Shown here: positions 1 through 19,800 of the stretch, one piece after another | Layout: each line of letters begins with the position of its first letter | Numbering within the stretch: the stretch's first letter is position 1 | Assembly: GCF_009914755.1 (NCBI RefSeq) | Contig: NC_060925.1 | Origin: the human T2T-CHM13v2.0 reference genome, Homo sapiens | Reading direction: 5' to 3' (one strand) | DNA: 64,000 nt | Program-made: the position numbers and the translations under genes | Notes under the pieces: generated by a model | Databases searched by the model: none | Told to the model about the DNA's origin: nothing | The model's input: only the letters and a program-made list of their open reading frames with translations

Positions 1-719
1 GGTTAATCCTTCCTAAGCACCAGTTTTGCTGTCTGGAGAGTTGCTACCAGGCACTCAGGTCTGCCTGTCTGGATGGGAGGCCCCAGTGGAATACTTAGAT
101 TCCACTAACTGAGAGAGTCAGAGAGAAAACACACCCAGTGCAGGTGCCTGATTAATGACTTATGATTAAAATAATAGTATAGAGAGGAACTGACCATTAA
201 TTACTCACATTTACATACTAATTTTGGTATTTTTGCTTTCAAGGAAATACAATACCAAGGCACAAATTGGTTCCCTCCTTTAAACCTCAATTATCATAAT
301 TTTGCTCTATTTACTCTATTTCTGGTTTGCTTCTCAACTCCAGGGAGGACTCTCCTTGGCTTTGCTTGTAGTCAGAACTGAAGCGTTTCAAGCCAAGGCA
401 TGTCCGGTCACGTCTTGCCTCAGGGCTGGCTGCTCCGGCTCCAAGTCGGGAAGATCCAGAGGCCTTACTTCTCCAAGACAAGCAGAGATCCTCAACGTTC
501 AGACACTTCTGCCGGTGTGTGAAGCATTAAAGGTGGGGGAGAATCTCCCTCTTCTCCCTCTCCTCCCATCTACACTCTCCCCAACCCAACTTTTCTCCTG
601 GTGTTTAGACTTTGACGTTGGTTTACTCCATTGATCTTATTTCTCATTTCCAAAAAGAACTTAGTTTCCTACCATCCATTCCTTTTACTCCAATATCTGG
701 CATTTGAAAGATGTTAATG

Positions 720-2248
<1,529 letters not shown>

Positions 2249-2369
2249 TGTTGGCTTAAAAAATCACACATTTTTTATACATTTAGAAAGGAGACTTTAT
2301 TTCTTATAAAGGGTTACATCCTGCAGGGTGGCCATCTGACAGGCTGAGAAGTGTAGCCTCTGGTTTTTT

Positions 2370-4660
<2,291 letters not shown>

Positions 4661-4788
4661 TAGATTTTGATAAATTTTAAGTTTTCATACTGCCAAATTG
4701 CTTACCCAACTAAACATTGTGTGTGAGTGCTATCACATAGCATCCATGCCAGGCTGTAATGTTATTTATTAATTTTTTGCCAACTTAA

Positions 4789-5107
<319 letters not shown>

Positions 5108-5345
5108 GTTCTTGTTTTACTATGCATTTCATTGAGCTTTTTGCAATATATTTTTGTTTCCTACTTTTATTTCCCTCCTCCTTTTTCTAGTGGGTTGTCT
5201 ATAAATGTGTCTTGCTCATCTATAATTGATTTCTAATGTTTTCTTATTGATTGTATTAACTCTATATATAATTTTAAAATTAACACTTTGCAAATTTCTT
5301 GCAAATATCCCAGTCTATTGCTTATCTTTAAATTTTGGCTATTAT

Positions 5346-5605
5346 GGCCAAGCATGGTGGCTCACACCTGTAATCCCAGCACTTTGGGAGGCTGAGGCAG
5401 GTGCATCACTTGAGGCCAGGAGTTCGAGACCAGCCTGGCCAACAAGGCAAAACCCTGTCTCTACTAAATAGCCAGGTGTGGTGGCTGGTGCTTGCCTGTA
5501 ATCCCAGCCACTCAGGTGGCTAAGGCACAAGAATTGCTTGAATCTGCAGTGAGCTGAGATCATGCCACTGTGCTTAGCCTGGGTGAAACAGTGAGACTGT
5601 CTCTA

Positions 5606-5644
<39 letters not shown>

Positions 5645-5645
5645 T
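5346..5645 (+). mobile_element. Alu (internally deleted) with (TA)n(CA)n microsatellite tail
   Basis: Alu consensus motifs; tatatata...cacacaca at ~5606-5645. Confidence 0.85.
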
Positions 5646-5896
5646 AAATTTTGGCTATTTTTATTTGATGTTTCTGATTGCCTGTGTTTAAATCTGCCTT
5701 TATCTCCTTTGTGTTCGCCGGTGAATTTAAAGTGCATATGTAGACAGGGGTTAAGTGTAAATCACACTGAACCTATATTAACAACAGCATCTTTTAGAAA
5801 TAATATAGGAGCTGTTATCACATCCCTGTCCCTGAGTTTGACACTACCTGAGTTGAGTTCTTATTCTGCCACTCCCTCTGCCAAACCCTTGGATCT

Positions 5897-6534
<638 letters not shown>

Positions 6535-6924
6535 ATTTGGGGCTAGTTTACTAACACCTGCTTACTGAACACCATCCAGTACCAGGTTTTGGGGTGAGTG
6601 GGTTGGGGGGAAGCAGAAAGAAAAGATAGCTCCAGCTCTTGGAGAGTTCATACTCTGGTTTCCTGGAGAATTCTAAAATCATTAAAATAATCCTCTCGAC
6701 CATTACAATGACTGCTAGATGAAATTTCTGAGAGCACAGCTTCCGAGTTTCCCTGCTGCCTAGGGCAGAGTTATCCACCTTCACCTTATCATAGAACCAC
6801 CTGAGACGCCCCTGCCATGGACAGTCTGATGCATTTGGTTTGGGGAGGGATCCAGAAGCCCGAGGTTTTAATGAGAGCCACGTGATTCTGCTGAGATAAG
6901 TCTGGAGAACTCTGGCAAGCCTGT

Positions 6925-7057
6925 CTCTTGGCTCAGGCTTGGAGGCCTCCGAGCAGCAACATCGTCCCAATTATACCCCGTTGGAGCATCTTCAGATCTT
7001 CCACTCTTTTCACAACGCAATCAAAATCTTCGTACCCATTTTGCAGTAGTGATCTCT
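6925..7057 (+). other. HHAT: Probable alternative upstream non-coding first exon of HHAT
   Basis: Donor TCT|gtaagt at 7057/7058 in unique sequence just upstream of the CpG island; the start is not defined by the sequence. Confidence 0.4.
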
Positions 7058-7399
7058 GTAAGTTGCTTTACAATTCATAAAGTTTATTCTATTTGATCTT
7101 CACTCTAATTTACAAAGAAAAGCAGGGAAGTCTATTTCTGTTTTACAGAGGTGTACAGGGAGGCTCACAGGGGCTAAGTTCACACAGTAAGCCCTCGAAG
7201 CTGCCAGGGCTGCAAAGCCCACCCTCTTTCCACCGCACCGAACTACCTCCTTTCGCCTACAAAACGTAGGTGGGGACCACTGGTGTTGGAATGACGGCCC
7301 ACCTCGAGTTTCAGGTGACTTCCACTCTGCAATTAACTTGCAGGCAGCCCCAGACCTGCAATGAACACACGGGTGGGGGAGAGATATGCACGCCAGGGT

Positions 7400-8150
7400 C
7401 AGTGGGAACCAACAGCCGAGGGGTGAGCGGGGCTAGGGGCCCCGGGCCGCCGGCGGGGCAAACGCGGTTCAGAAACGCAGGCCGCGCTCTGGCCCGCCCC
7501 CTGCAGCAGCACGGCCTGCTCGCCATCGCCCGGAGAGCGCCGCGGGTTCCCGAGTCCGGGCGCGGAGGGCGCGCGGGCACGGCGGCAGGGGCGTGCTCGG
7601 AGGACGCGCGCTGCGCTGCTCCTCCAAAGGGCAGCTCCGGGGGAAAGAGGGTGGCGTCCCGGGGAAGCCCGCAGCCGCCGCCGATGTCGCTGGGACTCGG
7701 AAGTGCCGAAAGAGGGGTGTTGGGAACTCGCGGCGCGCGTGAACGTTGCCGTCGCCGCCGCCCGGGACAGCCCGGAGGTTGGTAACTGGTGACCATAGGG
7801 GGTCCTGGGGAGGTTAGATGCTGAATTTTCTGCGTCAGTTTACTCTGTTAAAAAAAAAATGCACAAAACGCTTTCCGTTTCCTACCCAAGTTCCCGTGTG
7901 CGCGCCCGAGGGCGGGACAGAGGAAGTTCCCGGTCGGGCGAAGAAGACAAAAGCGGCGGGGGCCGCGCGCGCAGTGCGCCCGGGCAAAGGCGGGGATCTA
8001 GGCGCCGGGACAAGTCCGCGCACGGCCCTGCCCACGTCCTCTCTCCTTGGCTTCGTCCCCAGCTTCCGGAACTGCTGCGGGGAGTTGCGAACTCTGGTCC
8101 TCTTGGCAGTATCGGCGGTGCGCCTGCCTGCCTGCTGTGACTCCAGGGAC
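7400..8150. promoter_or_regulatory. HHAT: CpG island promoter / exon 1 of HHAT
   Basis: Very high GC and CpG density; GC boxes (gggcggg ~7910, ggcgggg ~7989), ETS-like ggaagt (~7922) and cttccgg (~8063), gcgcgcgc NRF1-like run (~7965); no TATA box evident. Confidence 0.9.
7684..7777 (+). CDS. HHAT: Exon-1 ATG segment MSLGLGSAERGVLGTRGARERCRRRRPGQPG: alternative HHAT N-terminus when exon 2 is skipped, otherwise a uORF
   Basis: ATG at 7684, 94 nt to donor GAG|gttggt (7777/7778), phase 1, in frame with exon 3 (G+AA=Glu). Matches my recollection of an annotated HHAT isoform N-terminus. Confidence 0.75.
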
Positions 8151-8414
8151 TCTAAAGTTAGAGACTTCCTTTGCGTTCTATCTTCAGGACTCAGTTTTCT
8201 TCCTCTGTTCTGAGTCTAACCTTCAGGTGGCAGGTCTTTATGCGGAAAAACCCTCCCGCTAATCCTCACCAGAGGTACTTTACGGGTAGCATTGGTGTTA
8301 AGAAATGTGCTGCTACCTGTGTACATTGCTCTTGGATCAGGGTTGTAGGGCTAGGGCATTTGGCATCCTCAGAGGTTTGCATTACGTGGGAGTGAGACAT
8401 TGCTTCTCTTTCTG

Positions 8415-8718
<304 letters not shown>

Positions 8719-9381
8719 ATCTCATTCATTCTCAGAGCTAAGGACCTATTTCAATGTGATTAAGTGCTATGGGAATGCAAGGAGAGGAGAGGGAAGGCTT
8801 CATTGAAGAGGCGGTAGTTCATTGAAGGAGACTTTGAGGAATGATTTTTTTCCCCTTCCATTCCTCATGTTCCATTTTCCCTGTGATTTTTCTCCCTCCT
8901 TTCTCGTTGCCAGTCAGTCCCTAATTGTGATTGTTTGATAAGGACAGCTCTGACCTGAGAGATTCAATTAATGTTAATTTAAGGAGACTGTGTGCTTATT
9001 AGGTGCTTTAGATACATTATTTCTAAACCTTACAGTAACTGGGAAAGATAAGTGTTGTTATCTCTTTTCACAGTAGGATAGAGAAAGCCTTGGAGGGGAG
9101 CCAAAGCCACAAACTAGTACATGTCAGGGCCGGGTTTTGGACTCCTCTTTTGGATCAACGCCTGTGCTTTATCTACTGTTTACTTTGCCCCCTCCTTGGA
9201 AGTAGGTTAGATGGATGAACTTAGGGTGAAAGTCAATTCTTTGGAGGGAGCAGCCGTTTTTGTGGGTGGCCAGATGTTGGTGGGAGCTCTGTAGGTAGCA
9301 TCAGGAACTTGCGAGCATGGGCCTTACCTGCACCCCCTGCTTCCAGCTCAGGACCTGGCCCAGGGGGAATGTTCCCTAAAG

Positions 9382-11962
<2,581 letters not shown>

Positions 11963-12110
11963 CTTGCAGTCCCAACTACTTGGGAGGCTGAGGAGGAAGG
12001 ATCACTTGAGCCCAGGAGGTCAAGGCTGCAGTGAGCTATGATCAGGCCACTGCACTCTAGCCTGCATGACAGAGTGAGACCCTGTCTCTTAAAAAATAAT
12101 AATAAAATGA
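11963..12110 (+). mobile_element. Alu right monomer fragment
   Basis: gggaggctgaggaggaaggatcacttgagcccagg...A-rich tail. Confidence 0.85.
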
Positions 12111-12272
12111 AAAAACTAAAAAAGCTCCAAATGTATGAGTATATGTACTTCTTTATCAATGCAGTAAGTAACAAAATTCAGTGCAGTAGCAAGTAACTCC
12201 TGTAATTTCAAAGTAGTGATGCCCATGTAAATGGTATTTTGTAGTATTTTCAAAGGCTACACAGTAGTATGA

Positions 12273-12622
<350 letters not shown>

Positions 12623-12841
12623 GAACTGCTCTTACTACTGTGAGTCGTTGTCCACATCTATAATCCAATGAAATGCTAATTTTCAGCCAGAAATTCATGA
12701 AAATAAAGATATTTGAGCTCATGTCCCCCTGAATTCTCTCTATGGACACCTTGGGAGTGGAGGGCTGGGGATCCTGGGTTACATACAACCCTACTTAGTG
12801 GTTGTTTTTCATCTAAGTACTTGCTGGCCACTTTAGCGTAT

Positions 12842-12843
<2 letters not shown>

Positions 12844-12878
<35 letters not shown>

Positions 12879-13134
12879 AGAAAGGGTCTTCCTGTGTTTC
12901 CCAGGCTGGATCACAGCTCACTGCAGCCTCAACTTCCCAGGCTCCCACCTCAGCCTGCTGAGCAGCTGGGGCTACTGGCATGCAACACCATTCCTGGCTA
13001 ATTTTTGTATTTTTAGCAGAGAAGGGATTTCGCCATGTCGCCCAGGCTGGTCTCAAACTCCTGGGCTCAAGTCGTCTGCCCACCTCAGCCTCCCAAAATG
13101 GTGGGATTACAGGCATGAGCCACCACACCCAGCC
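12844..13134 (-). mobile_element. AluJ with long poly-T (~34 nt)
   Basis: Alu motifs, ctcctgggctcaag. Confidence 0.85.
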
Positions 13135-13469
13135 TGTTAGTGCATTACTGATAGCAGTTTCCTTCTCCTTCAGTTAGTTTTCCCCTTTTTAGCCCGGGTT
13201 CACAGTTGTTTCTGTTTGATGAAAGCTTTTGAGAGGGGATTGCTGGATTGTTTATATAATCTACCTGCCCTGCTCCTTCTGTGGGTAATATGGTTGGAGA
13301 ATATTCCTGAAATAGTGGATGTATGTCATATAGTGTATACACCCTACCTTTTTATTTTTTTATTTTTATTTTTATTTTTTTTTTTGCGAATAGAAATGAA
13401 CCTTAGTGGTAGATGATGTTATTAGTGTCAGGGAAGAAAAATGAACTACTATCACATATCCCACAGACA

Positions 13470-14800
13470 GAAGCTCTTAAGATGTTATGAACGATTTCAT
13501 GGTAATACATTTGAAAATTCAGATGAAATTGACAGGTTTTTCCAATAAAATATATTACCAAAGACACAAAAACTAGAAAAAATGAGTAGTCCTATATCTA
13601 CCAAAAACATTGAATTTGTAGTTAAAAACCTTTCCATAGCAAAATTTTCAGGCCCAGATGGCTTTACTAGTGAAACTTCCAAACATTTAAGAAAATTAAA
13701 GAGGAACCACTTTCCGGTTGCATTTATGAGGCCAGCACAATCTTGTTACTAAAAATTGATAAGGATATTACAAGAAAATTATAGGCCAAATGCTCATAAA
13801 GACAGACACATAAGTCTTAAATATGGTAAGTCAAATCTAGCAATCTATAAAAAGGATAATAAATCATGACCAAGTTGGATTTATTTCAGGAATGTAAACT
13901 TTGGCTAACACTACGAAAGTCAACAAATGCAATTTAACTCCATATATGAAGTAAAGGAGAAAAAGTATTTGATACAACTCAGCACCCATTCATGATGAAA
14001 AAAAAAAAAAGCCTCTTTGCAAGCTGGAGCATTGAGAGAAATTAGATTTAAAATAACAGAGGGTAAGGTATTGCTCTGCAAATCTATAGATTCGGGCCAA
14101 TCCCAATCAAAATCCCGGCAAATTTTTTCTTCAAAAATAGGTGATAAGCAGATTGGAAATTTATTTGGAAATTCTAGACAGTCTTAAGAGCAAAACTGGA
14201 GGACCTAAGCTACTAGATCAATATGTAGTCATGTCAGTGTGGTATTGCATAAAGCTACACAGATTATGGAACTGAGTAAAGAATCCATAAACAGGCTTAT
14301 ACATCTGTGGTCTTTTGATTTATGACAGAGGCAACACTGCAGGGCAGTGGAGAGAAGATGGTCTTCTCAGTAAATGACACTGGGTCGATTGACTATCCAC
14401 ATAGACAAAATGAATCTAGATCATGTACCTCATCTCATATACAAAAATTAATCAAGATAACAACATACACCTAAATGTGAACGCTAAAACAAAGCACCTG
14501 GAAGAAAGCAAAGTAAAATATCTTTATGACCTAGGGACAAGGTTTCTTGAATAGGCCACAAAAAGCACTAATTGGTACAGTGATAAGAATGAACAAATTA
14601 TTGCCTCACATAACAACATGGATGAATCTTGTGACACAAAGCTGAGCAAAACCAAGATAGATGTAAAAGAGTAAATGCAATGTGATTCCATTGATGTAAA
14701 GTTCAAAACCAGACAACTAAATAAACCATGGTGGTAGAAGTTAGGCTAGTGGTCATCTTTGATGGAGTTAGTGACTAGGAAAGGGCAGAAGGGGCTTCTG
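13470..14800 (+). mobile_element. Ancient L1M ORF2/3' remnants
   Basis: caggcccagatggctttactagtgaa, tttatgaggccagca, catgaccaagttggatttatt, aacatggatgaatct. Confidence 0.75.
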
Positions 14801-14807
14801 AGGCATT

Positions 14808-14968
14808 CTTTTGTTTTTTGGAGACAGGATCTCGCTCTGTCACCCAGGCGGGAGTGCAGTGGTGTGATCTCAGCTCACTGCAACCTCCCTGACCTGGGCT
14901 CAAGCGATCCTGTCACTGCAGCCCACCTGAGTAGCTGGGACTACAGGCATGCACCACTGTGCCTGGCT

Positions 14969-15014
<46 letters not shown>

Positions 15015-15130
15015 GACAGGGTCTTACCATGTTGCCCAGGCTGGTCTTGAACCCCTAGGCTCAAGTAGTCTACCCATCTCCTCCTCTCAAAGTGCTAGAA
15101 TTACAGATGTGAGCCACTGCCTCTGGCCTG
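14808..15130 (-). mobile_element. AluJ with expanded (~T42) central linker
   Basis: Alu arms separated by an uninterrupted T run at ~14971-15012. Confidence 0.87.
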
Positions 15131-15159
15131 GCGTGCAGTTTTTATCTCAGTGACAATTA

Positions 15160-15510
<351 letters not shown>

Positions 15511-15891
15511 AAGCCTTAAGGTTTTTTCTTCATTTAAGTGTATTGTAATAAAGTTTACTTAAAATCTTGTAAAAAGTTAGGTTCATTCTGATGCTCCCAG
15601 GCTGGGGAGTGTAAGATGTGGTGGGCACAAGCCTTGCTGATTAAAAAGGCTTAAAATAGGTTGAGAATTTTCAGGGGAAAGAATGCAATATCACATCAGT
15701 AGCTTTTTTTTGAATTAGGGACTTATATAATTGACTCCCTTTTGCCAATCTTTAATGGCAGAGATCTGGCTTGAGGGAATTTCATATAAAAAGACTTAGA
15801 GTTATGTTTGATTATAAGATTGATATCAGTGTGGGGGGAAATTAGAAAAGCTAAGGGAGTATTAAGTAGAAATTTTTGTTTTCAGATTTAA

Positions 15892-15991
15892 TTTTCTTCC
15901 AATTTAAGTTTTGAAAGTTTATGACCACTGGATTAAAAAACTTTTCTTCCAATTTAAGTTTTAAAAGTTTATGACCATTGGATTAAAAAAC
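15892..15991. repeat. 50-bp tandem duplication
   Basis: ttttcttccaatttaagtttt(g/a)aaagtttatgacca(c/t)tggattaaaaaac x2; two mismatches. Confidence 0.92.
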
Positions 15992-16064
15992 AATCTGTTT
16001 TCTATAAATCCTTTCAGTTAGGTACTTTCCTCCCATAAGGCCATGAACTAACTGAGGGCAGGGA

Positions 16065-16545
16065 TGGCATATGAGTTTCCTATTAAACCTGAACTAAATT
16101 AACACAAATTCAGTGGCTTCAAAAAACACACATTTATTACCTTATGGTTCTGGATGTCAGAAGTCCAAAATGGGTCAGCAGGGTTCATTTGTTCTGAAGG
16201 TTCTAGGGAACAATCTTTTTGTTGTCGTTGCCTTTTCCAGCCTCTAGATGCCTCTTAGATTCCTTCATCCAGGAGCCCCTCCTCCATCTTCCAAGCACAC
16301 CACTCTAACCTCTGCCTCCATCATCACCTCACATTTCCTCTCTGTCTCTGACCCTTCAGCTTCCCTCCTGTAAGGAACCTTGTGATTACTTTGGGCCCAC
16401 CCAGATAATCCAGGCTAATCTCTCAATCAGAAGATCCTTAATCATATTGGCAAAATCCCTTTTGCTGTGTAAGGCAACATATTCACGGTTCCAGGGATGA
16501 GGACATGGACACTTCTAGGGGACCCATCTTTGGTGGACCCCACAG
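16065..16545 (-). mobile_element. MaLR LTR (MLT1-type)
   Basis: gttctggatgtcagaagtccaaaatggg, ttgccttttccagcctctaga, gggcccacccagataatcca. Confidence 0.8.
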
Positions 16546-16738
16546 AGGGGATCTTTCTATTTTGTCTTCACAAAGAGCACACTTCCTGGTTGTCAGTAGA
16601 AGTTCATTCGTATTTGTTGAATGAAGACATGGGTCTAAGATATTATTTGAGTGCAGTTTCTGAAAGAAAAGTGATGGTCTTGTCCTCCTCTCACTGACAC
16701 AATTGGAGCTTTGGGTTCAGTTTTAGGTAAATGTACTA

Positions 16739-17068
<330 letters not shown>

Positions 17069-17229
17069 TCATTGAAGTAATGGTTGAAGGAATCATAGAT
17101 GTTGGTCTGGAAGAGGGTTTGGATGGAGTAGATGGCATTAATTATCTTTAAACATTTGAACGAGTATTATTGGAAAGAATAAAAAAGCCTTTTTGAGCAT
17201 ACTCAATAATAGTAATAGCATTAAAAACA

Positions 17230-17475
17230 ACAAAAATAAGCATTTCAGAGTTTACTATGCCTAAGGCACTGTTTTATCATTTTATAAATTCACTTAATCC
17301 TCATATCAATCTTCTGAGGTTCGCTATTACTGTGTTTTACAGATAAGGAAATTGAGGCTCAGAGAGGTTGTGCACCTTGTCCTAGGTCACACAACCATGA
17401 AGCAGCAAAGCTGGAATTCAATCTTTGGCATTCTGACTCCAGAGCCACCCCTGAAACCATATCACACTATGCTGT
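17230..17475 (-). mobile_element. MIR
   Basis: ttttacagataaggaaattgaggctcagagaggtt core. Confidence 0.8.
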
Positions 17476-18069
17476 CTCCATGCCTTTAGTTCCAGAAGGT
17501 AGAAGAGGACTGGTGGCAGAAGAAATCCACCCCTGTATTTTTTTAGAAATCTGTATTTTTTAGAAATACGGGGTAGATTTCAAGGAAAAACACAACAATC
17601 AGAACTGCTAGCCAGGCACAGTGGTGTGCACCTGGGAGGCTGAGGCAGGAGGATCACTTGAGCCCAGGAGTTAGAGCTGTTTGGAGCCGCAATGAGCTAT
17701 GATCACGCCACTGCATTCCAGCCTGGGTGACAGAGTGGGACCCTGTCTCAAAACAAAAACAACAACAAAAGCAAGAACTGCTTAGGAACAGAGTTTCTCT
17801 GCCTTGTAATGTTACTGGAAATGGTCAAGTAGGCTGTTATAAAAGGAATTCCCAAACTGGCTGGAGATGAGACCAAAAGGCAATAGAGACTCCACTGATT
17901 TTGAAATTCTGATTTGGGAACATATTTTTTTTCCATTACATATATAAGAAGCTAGGGAACAACCTTTGTGACATTTTATGTAATAAAGATCCATTGTGAA
18001 AGGTAGCTTTTCAACTAATTTTCCAGATTTTATTGATTAGTAACTATTTATAATATACCTGGTGTGCTA

Positions 18070-18562
18070 GATGTGTGCCCACCCCTTTCTAAGGTACCCT
18101 TGCTGCTCCTCCCATAAAGAAGTATGGTCTGTTTTCTCCTCCTCCTTGAATCCGGGCTGGTCTTTGGACTTGCTTTGACCAATAATGTGTTCTGTGAACT
18201 CTGGAGCCTGGTCCTTAAGGGATGTTGCACCTCTTGCCTCTGTTCTTTTGGAACCCTGAAACCCCACTGCTGTGAAAAAGCCAAGTCTAGCCTACCAGAG
18301 GAGGAGCCCTGGCCTGGGGGAGAAGGGAGGTGACTTGTGTGAGCTGGCGCCAAATGCCAGACATGTGCATGAGGTCATCATGGCCCCCTCCAGCCCCAGT
18401 GGAGTTGTGTGATGACAGAAGTCACATGAGTGACCTCAGGAGGGACATGAACAGAACTGTCCAGACTGCCATCCCACAAAATCCTTAAAAAGAATAAATG
18501 TTCATTGTTCTAAGGCATCACATGTTGTGATGGTTTCTTATGCAGCAATACATAACTAATAC
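18070..18562 (+). mobile_element. MaLR LTR (MLT1F/G-like)
   Basis: gacttgctttgaccaata, aataaatgttcattgtt...gtttcttatgcagcaatacataactaataca end. Confidence 0.75.
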
Positions 18563-18764
18563 ATAATATGTTGGTGCGGATGTGGAAGTAGTGGGTATAT
18601 ATTTTAAACTATTCTGTAATTAGACTTTTTTCCCCACTCCAGTGCACCTCTTCCAGTCTATCTAGTCATTCTTCTGTGTTGGTGAAACCTTTCTGGGTTT
18701 GGAGAAGTGTTTCCTCTTAGTATTATGTGGGTTGAAGAATAAGTCTTTGTAAGACTCTTAAATG

Positions 18765-18981
18765 GGGACTGGGCACAGTGGCCCACACCTGTAATTCCAG
18801 CAGTTTGGGAGGCTGCGGCGGGAGGATCACTCGAGGCCAGGAGTTCAAGACCAGCCTGGGCAACATGGCAAAACCCAGTCTCTACTAAAAACACAAAAAT
18901 TAGTGGGGCAGCACACTCCGGCCTGGGGGATAGAGCAAGACTCTGTCTCAGGGGAAAAAAAAAAAAAAAAAAAAAAAAAAA
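18765..18981 (+). mobile_element. Alu with large internal deletion and long poly-A
   Basis: Left arm intact, most of the right arm missing. Confidence 0.85.
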
Positions 18982-19554
18982 GACTCAAGTGGGGTTTGGA
19001 GAGAATTGTGATATGGGAATCTGGACTTGGTGGTTTTCTTGGAGAAAATCATGTAATTTAGAGTCTACAAAATGGGGTTCAGTTTCATGAAAATTGGACC
19101 CTGGAAAAGGCAAAAGTCTCATACCACTTTTTCCGAATATGCTAGAATATTGCACTACTATTTCATTTTCTTTAAAGCCGTTGTCATTTCAGTGGGCATG
19201 TGCTTCTTTCACTTTTATTGCTTGTGGTTTCCAGAGTGCTCATTTGTTCCTGAATTTAGAGCTATTTCAATTTTACTCTTATCTCTGCATAACTGCTGAC
19301 TTTCCCCTCTTATTTCCAAGGTAAATCGGTTAGGTTTAGTTTGCCTTTTTCAGTAAATCTTTTAAGGAATGTATGTGAGTTAGATATTTCATGTGTATTT
19401 TGATTACATTTTATTGATTTAAATTTTTTTATCAGAGAGTGTCTAACGTTATGCATAACGTTTAAAAATTCTATTACATTTAGACCACTTATATTCTAGC
19501 TTTCCTAATGGATTGATTTCATTATAGATTTTGGAAAAAATGAGTCCAGTACAC

Positions 19555-19800
19555 TCTGTAAGAATAGTGAGGTGGCTGAGGGAAGGCTCTGGAGTTAGAC
19601 TTACTGGGTATGAATCTAAGCTTTGCTGCTTACCAGCTGTGTGATTTGGGGCGGGTTTACTTATCCTTTCTGGGCCTTGGTTTCCTCTTGTGTTAAGTGA
19701 GGTTATCAGAAGCACCAACCTCAAAGGTTTGTTATGAAGATTAAGTGAGATAATACTTGTAAAGTGCCTTTTCAGCATAGGAAATCTGTAAATAGTACTT
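19555..19800 (+). mobile_element. MIR
   Basis: ggctctggagttagac, gctgtgtgatttggg, gattaagtgagataat. Confidence 0.75.

Noticed and set aside
7311-7796. 161-aa antisense ORF and other long ORFs (7270-7785, 7818-8213) over the promoter
   Set aside because: Expected from stop-codon scarcity in a GC-rich CpG island; Pro/Arg/Ala/Gly-rich with no recognisable domain. Only 7684-7777 has splice-frame support.
8221-8280. Additional first-exon donors (CAG|gtggca at 8226, GAG|gtactt at 8274)
   Set aside because: Weak consensus; usage cannot be established from sequence alone.
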